A DNA stretch of 64,000 nucleotides from Squalus acanthias. Its lineage: Eukaryota. The notes under the pieces are model-generated. The model was given only the letters and a program-made list of their open reading frames with translations. It did no database searches and was not told the DNA's origin. The position numbers were made by a program, and so were the translations under genes. This document shows, piece by piece, positions 1 to 12,662 of this stretch; position 1 is the first letter of the stretch; each line of letters begins with the position of its first letter. The DNA is taken from positions 1,364,001 to 1,428,000 of the forward strand of contig JASTWF010000036.1 in NCBI GenBank assembly GCA_030390025.1. The letters are read 5' to 3'.

Positions 1-224
1 ATTGCAACTTGTTATGAGTTTGGGTTTACTGCAGATATCTATTTGAGTTCAGTAGTGTCAGTCTCTCCTTTATAAGCGGACTGGTTGCCTGTTTTTTTTT
101 TACAGAGGTTGTCTTCCACTGCCCTGTATCGACTAGCGCAGTAGTGGGACCTGGGCGTGCAGGGATGAAACTCCCTTGTAACCTGCACCAGATCTCCATG
201 TCTTAAGCACGTGTCCTCCGTTAA

Positions 225-440
225 TCTCTCCTGGTGTCCTGGGCCAATATTTATCCCTCACATCACCACTAAAACAGATGATCTGGTTATCATCACATTG
301 CTGTCTGTGGGAGCTTGCTGTGCTCAGATCGACTGCCACGTTTCCTACATTACAACACTTCAAAAAGAACTTCATTGGCTGTAAAGTGCTTTAGGACGTC
401 CTGAGGTCGTGAAAGGCGCTATAGAAATGCAAGTCTTTCT
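225..440 (+). mobile_element. Deu-domain tRNA-SINE (SacSINE1/AmnSINE-like), 3' half
   Basis: Matches the 3' half of the fuller copy at 49842-50295; ends in aaggcgctatagaaatgcaagtctttct. Confidence 0.85.
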
Positions 441-987
441 GCTTTCTTTCAAAGGTAGGCCGAGTTTGGTTCAATGTGTGAGCTGCTTTATTCCACAGCA
501 GCAAAACATACAGAACACCAGCAATGATGAGAGATGCTCAGTACAAACAGTATAACTTCTGTTCACGTCCAGTTAAGAGAACATCACGTATACACTAGAC
601 CCTTTTGGTGGGGTCTTTACTTTACGTAATAAGATGGCCTCTCTCTCCGCAGTCCCCTTTTCACAGCCTGCTACTGCTTGTCTGACGTTTTGGTGCCTGT
701 GTCCTGATTTTTAAAAGCCGACTTTCAAAGATGAGTAGGCACTAATGCCACTATATCCCTCCTCCCCCCCCTCCACCCCCACAGCTCACTCCGATCAGGC
801 TTACCACACTAGTGTCACTGGTTGCAGCAGTGCAGTACCTTCCTGAGAGCTGTAGCCCTGCTCTGGCATCCTTGGGTAGCCTTCAATTCTCTTCCCCACC
901 CCACCTCTAGCCTCTTATTATGATATATCTTTAATGCTATGTCTTTCCAAGCCCATTAATTTTTACATAAGGAACTACAGGCTGAGT

Positions 988-2728
988 GCACCCCTCCCCC
1001 TCCCTTCTTCCCTCCCCCTCCCCCACCCTTCACCCCTCCCCCTGCCCCTCCCTTTACCACTTCCCCTCCCTTCACCCCTCCCCCTCCCTTCACCCCTCCC
1101 CCTCCCTTCACCCCTCCCCCTCCCTTCGCCCCTCCCCTCCCTTCCCTTCGCCCCTCCCCTCCCTTCACCGCTTCCCTTCGCCCCTCCCCTCCCTTCACCG
1201 CTTCCCTTCGCCCCTCCCCCTCCCTTCTTCCCTCCCCCTCCCCCACCCTTCACCCCTCCCCCTGCCCCTCCCTTCACCCCTCCCCCTCCCTTCACCCCTC
1301 CCCCTCCCTTCGCCCCTCCCCTCCCTTCCCTTCGCCCCTCCCCTCCCTTCACCGCTTCCCTTCGCCCCTCCCCCTCCCTTCTTCCCTCCCCCTCCCCCAC
1401 CCTTCACCCCTCCCCCTGCCCCTCCCTTTACCACTTCCTCTCCCTTCACCCCTCCCCCTCCCTTCGCCCCTCCCCTCCCTTCCCTTCGCCCCTCCCCTCC
1501 CTTCACCGCTTCCCTTCGCCCCTCCCCCTCCCTTCTTCCCTCCCCCTCCCCCACCCTTCACCCCTCCCCCTGCCCCTCCCTTTACCACTTCCTCTCCCTT
1601 CACCCCTCCCCCTCCCTTCGCCCCTCCCCTCCCTTCACCGCTTCCCTTCGCCCCTCCCCCTCCCTTTACCACTTCCTCTCCCTTCACCCCTCCCCCTCCC
1701 TTCGCCCCTCCCCTCCCTTCACCGCTTCCCTTCGCCCCTCCCCCTCCCTTTACCACTTCCTCTCCCTTCACCCCTCCCCCTCCCTTCGCCCCTCCCCTCC
1801 CTTCACCGCTTCCCTTCGCCCCTCCCCCTCCCTTTACCACTCCCTCTTCCTTCACCCCACCCCCTCACTTCACCCCTCCCCTTCACCCCTCCCCCTCCCT
1901 TTACCCCTTCCCCACCCTTCACCCCTTCCCCCTCCCTTCACCCCTTCCCCCTCCCTTCACCCCTTCCCCCTCCCTTCACCCCTTCCCCCTCCCTTCACCC
2001 CTCCCCCTCCCTTCGCCCCTCCCCTCCCTTCACCGCTTCCCTTCGCCCCTCCCCCTCCCTTTACCACTCCCTCTTCCTTCACCCCACCCCCTCACTTCAC
2101 CCCTCCCCTTCACCCCTCCCCCTCCCTTTACCCCTTCCCCACCCTTCACCCCTTCCCCCTCCCTTCACCCCTTCCCCCTCCCTTCACCCCTTCCCCCTCC
2201 CTTCACCCCTCCCCCTCCCTTCGCCCCTCCCCTCCCTTCACCGCTTCCCTTCGCCCCTCCCCCTCCCCCTCCCTTTACCACTCCCTCTTCCTTCACCCCA
2301 CCCCCTCACTTCACCCCTCCCCTTCACCCCTCCCCCTCCCTTCACCCCTTCCCCACCCTTCACCCCTTCCCCACCCTTCACCTCTTCCCCCTCCCTTCAC
2401 CCCTTCCCCCTCCCTTCACCCCTTCCCCCTCCCTTCACCCCTTCCCTTCGCCCCCTCCCTCCCATCGCATCTCCCTCTCCCTTCACCACTCCCCCTTCCT
2501 TCACCCCTCCCCCTCTTCACCCCTCCCCCTCTTCACCCCTCCCCCTCCCTTCACCCCTTCCCTTCGACCCCTCCCTCCCTTTGCCCCTCCCCCTGCCCCT
2601 CCCTTTACCCCTCCCCCTCCCTTCACCCCTTCCCTTCGACCCCTCCCTCCCTTTGCCCCTCCCCCTGCCCCTCCCTTTGCCCTCCCCTCCCCCTCCCTTC
2701 ACTCTTCCCTTCGACCCCTCCCCCTGCC
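988..2728. repeat. ~1.7 kb polypyrimidine (C/T-rich) low-complexity array with higher-order repeats
   Basis: Recurrent CCCTCCCCCT, CCCTTCAC and CCCTTCGC motifs; almost no purines on the + strand. Confidence 0.97.
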
Positions 2729-3251
2729 ACAAGTGGCCACGTGAGGTGTGGTGTCGTTAATCACAGAAATGGGGGCAACGAGCAGAGCAGGGCCCAGTGA
2801 CACGAGTGCACACTCTGCACATTCTTGTTCTCAATTGATTTTTCTAGGAGCAGAAGAAAACCTTTTAGCAGATTGGCTTCTTCAATATTCCTACTGATAC
2901 ATTGGAGGGGGGGGGGAATATTTTATAATTAAAGGCTCTCTGCAGCCTCCTCTCTCTCCTAATGAAGTAAATGCAGCATCAAGCTTTCGTGTACTGTGCA
3001 CGGCATCATCAGCATGCCAGAATCATACCTTAAGATTTATTAGCTTTGTTTCCGAGAAGCGACAATATTTCATAGATTAATCTGACTGAGCTTCAACGTG
3101 GCCATCAATAGAGATAAATTCACATTATTAATAAACCTTTCTTGCTTGGGATATAAATTTAGAAAGGGATTATTGCCATTTATCTGTATTATGTTTAAAA
3201 ATATTTCCTTGAACTGTCTTGAGTTGCTTAATACCAGAGAAGGCTTAACAA

Positions 3252-4622
3252 TTACACAGGATTACATATGATATACGGCACAGAAACAGGCCATTCGGCC
3301 CAACCAGTCCGTGCCGGTGTTTATGCTCCACTCGAGCCTCCTCCCGTCTTTCCTCATCTCACTCTATCAGCATAACCCTCTATTCCCTTCTCCCTCATAT
3401 GCTTGTCGAGCCTCCCCTTAAATGCATCAATACTATTCGCTTCAACCACTCCCTGTGGTAGCGAGTTCCACATTCTCATCACTCTCTGGGTAAAGAAGTT
3501 TCTCCTGAATTCCCCATTGGATTTCTTGGGGACTATCTTATATTGATGGCCTCTAGTTATGCTCTTCCCCACAAGTGGAAACACTCTCTCTGTATCCACT
3601 CTATCAAAACCTTTCATAATTTTATAGACCTCAGGTCACCCCTAGCCTTCTTTTTTCAAGAGAAAAGAGACCCAGCCTGTTCATCCTTTCCTGATAGGTA
3701 TAGCCTCGCATTTCTGGTATCATCCTTGTAAATCTCCTCTGCACCCTCTCCAGTGCCTCTATATCCTTTTTATAATATGGCGACCAGAACTGTACGCAGT
3801 ACTCCAAGTGTGTTCTAACCAAGGTTCGATACAGGTTTAGCATAACTTCCCTACTTTTCAATTCTATCCCTCTAGAAATAAACCCTAGTGCTTGGTTTGC
3901 TTTTTTATGGTCTTGCTAACCTGTGTCGCAACTTTTAGTGATTTGTGTATTTGTACTCCGAGATCCCTTTGTTCCTCTACCCCACCTAGACCCGCACCCT
4001 CCAAGTTATAAGCGACCTTCCTATTCTTCCTACCGAAATGTAATACCTCACATTTATCTGTGTTGAACGTCATTTGCCAATTATATGCCCATTCTGCAAG
4101 TTTATTAATGTCCTCCTGTAACTTGTTGCAGTCCTCCTCAGTATTGACTATCCCCCCCCAATTTGGTGTCATCCGCAAATTTAGAAATTGTGTTTTTGAT
4201 TCCTAAGTCTAAATCGTTAATGTGAATTGTGAACAGCAGTGGTCCCAGCACTGATCCTTGTGGAACACCACTACCCACCTTCTGCTATTGTGAATAGCTA
4301 CCCTTTACTCCCACTCTCTGCTTTCTGTCCTGAAGCCAGCCAGCAATCTATTCTGCTACTTGTCCCCTGACTCCGCATTCTCTGACCTTATTCATCAGTC
4401 TATTATGGGGTACCTCATCATAGACCTTTTGAAAATCCAGATAAATTACATCTACTGCATTACCATTGTCTACTCTCTCTGTTACCTCTTCAAAAAATTC
4501 AATAAGGTTGGTCAAGCAAGACTTTCCCTTTTGAAATCCATGCTGACTATTCATTACTATACTTTTCATTTCCAGATGTTCTTCTATTCTCTCCTTTAGT
4601 AGGGATTCCATTATTTTTCCTA
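3252..4622 (-). mobile_element. CR1 LINE, 5'-truncated, frameshifted ORF2 (RT to C-terminus plus 3' UTR)
   Basis: ORF pieces [40 protein letters not shown]. Confidence 0.93.
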
Positions 4623-4934
4623 ATTGCGGGTGGCCAACTATGAATAGAACAGGGAGCTAATGACTGGGCAAGATTGCGGATCTTCTGAACATGCGGGAAT
4701 GGTTGAGTGTGTTTAAGTGTGGGAATGAATAACGAACAGGTCATTTCCTCAAATGTACTGCGGAAGAGGGTGGTGCACTGGGTTAGAGAACACTGCTGTG
4801 TGTTTTTTCCATTGTGCTAATGAACACGGAGCAAGTCTCCCTGCTTCATACTCGAGCTGACATTTTCGCCCACTAACGTTAGTGAATGAAGGAAAATATG
4901 GCTCCTTTTTCAGCTCTGGGACATGGGGTGTGAA

Positions 4935-5485
4935 TCTATTCTAATGCTCACCTGGCCGGCCTCCCAGCTTGCACCCTCCGTGAATTTGAGCTCATCCAAA
5001 ACTCTGCTTCCCGTATCACAACTCGCACCAAGTCCCATTCACCCATCACCCCCTATACTCGCTGACCAGCATTGGTTCCCGGCCCAGCAACACCGCGATT
5101 TTAAAATTCTCATCCTTGTTTTCAAATCTCTCCGTGGCCTCGCCCTTCTCTATCTCTGTAACCTCCTCCAGCCCTACAACCCTCCGAGATATCTGCGCGT
5201 CTTCAATTCTGGCCTCTTGTGCATCCCCGAATTTTCTTCGCTCCCCCATTGGAGGCCGTGCCTTCAGCTGCCAAGGCCCTAAACTGTGGAATTCCCTCCC
5301 TAAGCCTCTCCGCCTCTCTAAGTCGCTCTCCTTCTTTAAAATGCTCCTTAAAACCTACCTCACCTGTCCAAATATCTCCTTATGTGACTCGGTGTCAAAT
5401 TTTGTTTGATAACGCTCCTGTGAAGCTGCTTGGAATGTTTTATTACGTTAAAGGCGCTATATAAATGCAAGTTGCTGTTGTTGTA
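4935..5485 (+). mobile_element. L2 LINE 3' end
   Basis: DFKILILVFKSLRGLA and GGRAFSC..PKLWNSLP; tail ttaaaggcgctatataaatgcaagttgctgttg, as in 58925-60058. Confidence 0.88.
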
Positions 5486-6232
5486 GGCCCAACTGATGGG
5501 ATGTCACCGCTATCATGGCCAACAAACAGATTTGAGAGAGTTTCCATCCAGTTCCTAATGGGGGCAAGCACATCTAGGTCACATTAATGCAAATGCTGGT
5601 GCATCGTAGAGGAGTTTTTAAAAAATGATTTAGCCTTTCTCGCGACACGTTTGTCTTTTGCTGCCCATTAAAATGCATTTTCCATAAACAAAGTCTCCAC
5701 TGAACCAAAACCTGCACCCTGTACTCATGCAATGAGTGGAATAGTGTGCCCTAGGACTAAGTGCCCCTTAATTACAGTATAACACATTGGAGATTATGTG
5801 GGATTCCCACTATATTTTTCTGTCTACTCTGAAAGATGATAAGTATCACACTGTGAGACTGCTACAGGCTAAAACTAATAGTAGGATTTATTTACAATAA
5901 AACGTTATACTGAAGCAGTAATGCACAGCAAGAAACTAGTCATACAATACTTAAAACCAGTAAAGGGTTAACATCCTGTTTCTGGAACACATTTGTTATA
6001 CAGTTTTTGGATGAAACATTCTTTCATAGATCTTTAAAGATGCAGTGTTGTACATGGGCGCTGTAATTTCTGCGTTAGCCCACAAAATACGAGCGTTGGT
6101 TCCAGGAACAAAACAGAACCACAGATTACAGTAAAAAACCAAAAGCTCTTTTACAATTTCTAGATCTCGCCCCATCACCCAAGATCAAAGTCATTATATG
6201 AAGAGCTTAGCATGACCAACTTGATCCACATT

Positions 6233-6406
6233 GGGGGTAATTTTCACCATCACTGCTTGGGTGGGAAACTGGTGGAGCAGATCTCTGGCCTGTGGTAGAA
6301 CCCACCCGATTTTAATCAAAATCAATGGCAATGAAGATCAAGCAGTTTTTATAACCGATCCATAACATCGGTTTTCAGCTCGGACGTCAAGTTGAAAGTC
6401 TACCCC
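6233..6406. mobile_element. Small MITE with 3-bp TSD (PIF/Harbinger-like)
   Basis: Imperfect TIRs ggggtaattttca / tgaaagtctacccc; ATT on both sides (6230-6232, 6407-6409). Confidence 0.6.
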
Positions 6407-6889
6407 ATTGTCTGGCTCTCACACCTGCCAAGGCTTCATACAATGTACAGTTTGAACTTCTCCTTGAAGAAGCCCCCCATTAGATGCTTGATCAATCAAT
6501 CTGGCCTGCTTTCCAATAAGCAACTTGACTCTGGTCTCCACTTGTGACAGTTAGTAAGGAAAAACACCTTTCCCTTTCACCTCTAGTTATTTCAAAATGG
6601 TATAGCATAAAAAAAGACATTTTCCCTATTTGATCCAGGATGAAAACTACGCTTTTGTTACAGGGACTTCAGCATACATCTGCCCCGTGGTGTAACTGAT
6701 ACGGGAGTGCAAAGAAGGGAAAAGGTCCTAATATTTAACATTCTCAGCATTGACACCTTGATCTCCAAAAATAGTTATTTTTCCAGGGTTACTGCTGTGT
6801 CAGTTGTCTTTCTGTAAGCAAATGCAGCTTTAATTCCCATTCTATTCATATGAAAAATTTCTTTCAAAATAAAATAGGAGCAGCATATG

Positions 6890-8140
6890 ACCTCAGCTGG
6901 AGTATTGTGTCCAATTCTGGGCACCGCACAATAGAAAGGATGTCAAGGCCTTGGAGAGGGTGCAGAGGAGATTGACCAGAATGGTACCAGGGGGATGAGG
7001 GACTTCAGTGACGCGGAGAGACTGGAGAAGCTGGGGTTGTTCTCCTTAGAGCAGAGAAGGTTAAGGGGGAGATTGACCAGAATGGTACCAGGGATGAGGG
7101 ACTTCAGTTATGTGGAGAGACTGGAGAAGCTGGGATTGTTCTCCTTAGAGCAGAGAAGGTTAAGGAGAGATTTACTAGAATGGTACCAGGGATAAGGGAC
7201 CTCAGTTACGTGGAGAGACTGGAGAAGCTGGGTTTGTTCTCCTTAGAGCAGAGAAGGTTAAGGGGAGATTTACTAGAATGGTACCAGGGATGAGGGAATT
7301 CAGTTATGTGAAGAGACTGGAGAAGCTGGAGTTGTTCTCCTGAGAGCAGAGAAGGTTAAGGGGAGATTTACCAGAATGGTACCAGGGATGAGGGACTTCA
7401 GTGATGTGGAGAGACTGGAGAAGCTGGGGTTGTTCTCCTTAGAGCAGAGAAGGTTAAGGGGAGATTGACCAGAATGGTACCAGGGATGAGGGACTTCAGT
7501 TATGTGGAGAGACTGGAGAAGCTGGGATTGTTCTCCTTAGAGCAGAGAAGGTTAATGGGAGATTTACTAGAATGGTACCAGGGATGAGGGACTTCAGTGA
7601 CGTGGAGAGACTGGAGAAGCTGGGGTTGTTCTCCTTAGAGCAGAGAAGGTTAAGGGGGAGATTGACCAGAATGGTACCAGGGATGAGGGACTTCAGTTAT
7701 GGGGAGAGACTAGAGAAGCTGGGATTGTTCTCCTTCAAGCTGACAAGGTTAAGGGGAGATTTAATAGAGGCGTTCAAAAGGATGAAGGGTTTTGATAGAG
7801 TTGATAGGGAGAAACTGTTTCCACTGGCAGGAAGGTCGGTAACAAGAAGTAACAGATTTAAGATAATTGGCAAAAAAGCCGGGGGGAGGGGTGGTGGAGA
7901 TGAGAAGAATTTTATTTACTCAGCGAGTTGTTGTGATCTGGAATGCGCTGCCTGAAAGGGAAGCAGATTCAATAGTAACTTTCAACAGGGAATTGTATAT
8001 ATACTTAAAAAGGAAACATTTGCAGGGCGATGGGGAAAGAGCAGGGCGAGTGGGACTAATTGGAGAGCTTTTTCAGAGAGCCGGCACAAGCACGATGGGC
8101 CGAATGACCTCCTTCTGTGCTGTGAGATTCGGTGATTCAT
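6890..8140 (+). mobile_element. CR1 LINE 3' fragment containing an internal tandem amplification
   Basis: Encodes [10 protein letters not shown] through ERLEKLGLFSLEQRRLRG to FTQRVVVIWNALP, followed by the 3' UTR. Confidence 0.92.
6968..7755 (+). repeat. Eight tandem copies of a ~98-bp CR1 ORF2 segment
   Basis: aatggtacc recurs at about 6980, 7081, 7179, 7277, 7375, 7473, 7571 and 7670. Confidence 0.95.
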
Positions 8141-9004
8141 ATTATCCTGTTACTATGCACCATTTGACATGGGAGTTAGTAGTAGGATTAGCTGATCGGC
8201 AATACTGACTACTATCAGGAGAGTCAGTTGTAACTACTAAAATTGCAGCGATGGCTACATTGTTGACTTGTACTCGATTAATTTGCCATCAGTGTGCTTT
8301 CATGTCCTGCATGGAGGAAGCAGTGCTGATGGTAATTCAGGAGTAAATAATAACAAGCATTCTATTGAAACACCGATAATGTTGCGGTAGCAGAATGGAA
8401 AAATTGAAATTGAAATGTTGGGGGAGGTGCGGAGCACTGTTGTCCTTAACTAATGTGTCATGGTACAAAAGAACAGCCTGAGTCGAATAAATTGCCGTCG
8501 AAAATGGAGGACATCTGCAGCTTGAAGCAAGGGCTGGGGAAACTATTCCGAGCTGGATTTGCCCTTTAAGGGATGCGTGCTTTGATGTACTAGCCTTTGA
8601 TTTTGTTTCCTTTTGGTGGGTTATTTTTTAATCAAAAGATATCCTGTTTTCTCCAGAAGTTGGTCTTTTAAAAAAAAATTCTACGCATGAAGGCCCTCAT
8701 TTGACGAAACAAATAATCTATGGAAGTATTGCAAAGCACCGCCATTTCCGTACGAATAGAAGCACTTGTGATTCATAAAATCCCACCAGCTTAAAGGGTG
8801 GGACACTAAAGGGCTAGCCTCTTAAAGGGGCAAGTCACGCATGAAAAGTCAAGACAGTTGGCTCACCCTTAAGCGATGCAACTCATGATTTTTTGGGCAA
8901 CTCCATGACTGAGATGTGATCCTTCTCACCTCTAGCCGCCAACTCCTCTCTCCCTTGCAACTTTTCTTGACTCTCTAATTTTTTAACCAATGATACAATG
9001 GTCA

Positions 9005-9170
9005 TTGCTTCTCTGAAGGGGAAGCTAGATAAGTACATGAGGGTGAAAGGGATAGAAGGTTATGTTAATAGGGTGAGATGAAGTAAGGTGGGAGGCTCAT
9101 GTGGAGCATAAACCTGTTGGGCTGAATGACCTGTGTCAGTGCTGTAAAAGTCTGTGTAATTCTATGTAAC
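9005..9170 (+). mobile_element. CR1 extreme 3' end, degenerate
   Basis: aaggggaagctagataagtacatgaggg..., reverse-complement similar to 3260-3430. Confidence 0.7.
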
Positions 9171-9319
9171 TTCAGGTCTCCCCTGGATCACACATTTTAT
9201 CTTGTTGGGGAGCAGAAGCCAGGGAATTGGTCCCAGGCCTCTTCCAGTCCTGCTCTGTAACCAACCACTAAGAACATTGTAGGAGGATTAACCTTCCGAT
9301 TTCCCTCCCTCCCTTGTTT

Positions 9320-10030
9320 CAGTGGGCAGCACTCTCGCCTCTGAGTCAGAAGGTTGTGGGTTCAAGTCCCACTCCAGGGACTTGCGCACAAAAATCTAGG
9401 CTGACACTCCAGGGCAGTACTGAGGGAGTGCCTGCACTGTCAGAGGCGCCGTCTTTCGAATGAGACGTTAAACCGAGGCCCCGTCTGCCCTCTCAGCTGG
9501 ATGTAAAAGATCCGATGGCTCTATCAGAAGAAGAGCAGGAGAGTTCTCCTGACGGCCTGGCCAACATTTATCCCTCAATCAACGTAATTAAAATAGATTA
9601 ACTGGTCATTTATCTCATTGCTGTTTGTGGGACCTTGCTGTGCGCAAATTGGCAGCCACGTATCCCCACATTGCAACAGTGACAACACTGGGATCTTGGG
9701 CTTCATAAATAGAGGTATTGAGTACAAAAGTAGAAGAAGTTATGCTGAACCTTTATAAAGCGCTGGTTAGGCCACAACTGGAGTACTGCGTCCAGTTCTG
9801 GTCACCACACTTTAGGAAGGATGTGAAGGCCCTTGAGAGGGAGCAGAGGAGATTTACCAGAATGGTTCCGGGGATGGGGGCTAAAAGTAGCGCCCCGGCG
9901 AAGTTAGTGCCCCAAAAGGGGCGCGACTCAATTTCCCCCTCCCCTATGACTTAAAAAAGTACTTCATTGGCTGTAAAGCACTTTGGGAAGCCCTGAGGAT
10001 GTGAAAGGAGCTATATAAATGCAAGCTCTT
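9320..10030 (+). mobile_element. Deu-domain SINE interrupted (~9690-9947) by a CR1 fragment and a MITE-end fragment
   Basis: SINE body to ~9690, resuming at ~9948 with aaaagtacttcattggctgtaaagc. The insert encodes [10 protein letters not shown], then 9876-9941 matches the end of MITE 45140-45699. Confidence 0.82.
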
Positions 10031-10549
10031 TTTCTCGTTCTTCCATTCTGGTTGCGATTGGCTAACTCAGTTGAGGGCAAGGGATTGAAATTGGAACCTT
10101 GCTGGTCTTTGTGGTTCATTGTAATACCATGGGTGCATTTAACCACTGAGTCATTAGGAGGACCATCAGGGGAAGATGGAGCAAATCATGTGCATCATCT
10201 AATCTCCAGGACTTAAAGGAGCTACGTACCATAATTAACATCATTAACTGTATTTATTATTATTGATGACCAAACTCCGAATGAGCAATCTGTTAAAAAT
10301 GTTTTTCCTCAGAAGAAATCTATTTTATTGACCTCATTTCTCCTTGAGGTTGCCAAGACGGCCATTTTCAAATCGGGACTCTGAATAGTTCAGCCATCGT
10401 AAATTCAGTGTAGCAACACAGTGATTTAAACTTTCAAACAAAAAGTGCATAAAATGGTTGAAAAAATGGATCGTGCTGCTGGAAAACATTAAAGGTAACA
10501 CTCTGGCAATCTTTCCCCCCAGTTAAAGAGGCATTAGGCCTAATTCGAT

Positions 10550-10680
10550 AGCAAAATACTGCGGATGCTGGAAATCCGAAATAACAACAGAAAACGCTGG
10601 AAAAACTCAGCAGGTCAGGCAGCATCCGTGGAGAGAGAAACAGAGTTAACGTTTCAGGTTGAAGACCTTTCGTCAGAACT
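10550..10680 (-). mobile_element. Short Penelope-type terminal repeat (family 2) with minimal hammerhead motif
   Basis: Minus strand reads agtt-CTGACGA-a-aggt-cttca-acct-GAAA-cg-tt-aact; homologous to 28773-28902 and 39056-39150. Confidence 0.7.
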
Positions 10681-12264
10681 GGAAAAAGGCAGGAAATGAA
10701 ATAGATTTAAAGCAAGGATAAAGCTGGGAAAAGGGGGAGGGGATGAAAGAACAAAAGGAGAAGATGAACAAGGTTGAAGAGACAAACGGAGAGGCCTAAT
10801 TTATGGTGTGCCGCTCCTTTAAATTTGTTTACAGGCATTTGTTATATGTTTAACATATGTAGCGGATTGCGCGTCAAGTTTTGCTTAAAATTAGTTTTTC
10901 TCACTTTCGAGGTGGCCCATTCTTTTGATGTTGAAAGTTCTCTGATGTTGTGTGAATTTCAAATTAATCCCACATGAATGGTGCTTTCAAGTTTCGCACT
11001 CAAAAGATATTGTCCACACGAGATCACAGGAGAATTCAACATGGGCTTATTATTGCACCATCCTGCTTGCGACAGAAATAGTGTATCTTTCTTTTAATGG
11101 AAAACTATCTGCTTCCATCAGCTGTGGCTATTATAACCCTTTTCTAGGTTCGCAATCTTGCAGGGGAAATAATCCTTCAACATGAAGCAGTAGAGCGAAG
11201 CTTCATGACTCGGATTTTCTCTGATTATTGGCACCAAGGAGAACAAAAATTGGCAATATTAACACTACAGCAAAAACTGCAATGGTAAATCCTGAACAGA
11301 ATAGCTTGGAGCGAGTACAAGTTGGAAGCAATAATATTGGATGAAGGTTGTGCCCACCCTGGGATTCATGTGCCATTATAAACCACTCGAGCTTCGCTAA
11401 TCTGGTTTATGACAGTATCTGAACCCCTTAAACCTGCTGCAGTCTTGTGATGTGCTCCCCAGTTATCTGTTGTTTTCTTGTTTCTCTAGTTTGTTGGATC
11501 AAAGAATTCACACAGCTGATTTTTCACATTGTTGGAAACTGGCCAGTTTATGTACCAAGTTCTTTGGATTTGGTGGGTTTGATCTAATTCCTAGAGAAAT
11601 TACAAGCTGATGAGGTATATCCTATGTTACTGTCAAGGACCAAGCAATTGATCTGTCATATTTCATTTAGCAGTTATGTTGCACTCATTATGTAATGTGT
11701 CCTGCATTATTAACATCTCAATACCATTATAGAGCTGGGCACCTCATTGCTGTCTATTCAATAAGTCAAGGAGCTCACAGCTACTTCCAATTATGCGAAT
11801 TGTATTCATTGATTGCAAGATCTTCAATTATATTCACAATAATAATGAAAAGGGAATAATCCATTTTGTGGCAATTACTAGATTCTTCATCAATAAAGCT
11901 GTCTTCTGTTTTATATGAAGGTGCTGCCACAATTAACCCATGCCCTGCTGTCTGGCCTTTGTGGTTTCCAGTTGTTTGTTGCTATTTAACGTGGCCTATC
12001 ATTCATGGTTTTAAAAATACATCAACAGATTATCAGTTTATGAATCCAATAAATTGCTCTGTTGGACACGGCAGAACTTAGCTGGGTTGCTTCAAAGATT
12101 AAAATCCAATTCCCAATTCATTCATAAGAGTGTGGACAATGTAGAGCTGATGGGAGCCTTGCAGATGCACTCAAACGATCACAAAATACTTAGGGATGAC
12201 AAAGGCCATTCGCCCCGTCTTAATACATCCATGCAGAACAACCCTGCACTCCCTCCATTGCTGC

Positions 12265-12662
12265 AACAACAACTTGCATTTATACAGCGCCGTTCACAAC
12301 CTCAGGACGTCCCAAAGTGCTTTACAGCCAATGAAGTACTTTTGAAGTGTGGTCACTGTTGTAATGTAGGAAACGCAGCAGCCAATTTGCGAACAGCAAG
12401 CTCCCACAAACAGCGATGTGATAATGACCAGATCATCTGATTCAGTGATGTTGGTTGAGGGATAAATATTGGCCAGGACACTGGGGAGAACTCCCCTGCT
12501 CTTCTTCGAAATACTGCCGTGGGATTTTTTTACCTCAGAGAGCAGACGGGGCCTCGGTTCAACGGCTCATCCGAAAGACGGCACCTCCGACAGTGAAGCG
12601 CTTGAACCCACTACCTTCTGACTCAGAGGCGAGAGTGCTACCCACTGAGCCACGGCTGACAC
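12265..12662 (-). mobile_element. Deu-domain SINE with internal deletions
   Basis: Reverse complement of the SINE head (gtggctcagtgggtagcactctcgcctctgagtcag) and tail. Confidence 0.87.

Noticed and set aside
934..2800. Two ~600-aa proline-rich ORFs and Gly/Arg/Glu-rich antisense ORFs
   Set aside because: By-product of a C/T-only array that cannot form stop codons; several frames are open at once.
6968..7755. CRISPR-like array
   Set aside because: Contiguous tandem units without unique spacers, CR1-derived, eukaryotic context.
11470..11620. Polypyrimidine-AG acceptor-like site (also ~105 and ~30447) as host exon starts
   Set aside because: Downstream frames give no recognisable protein; small exons cannot be excluded without RNA-seq or homology search.
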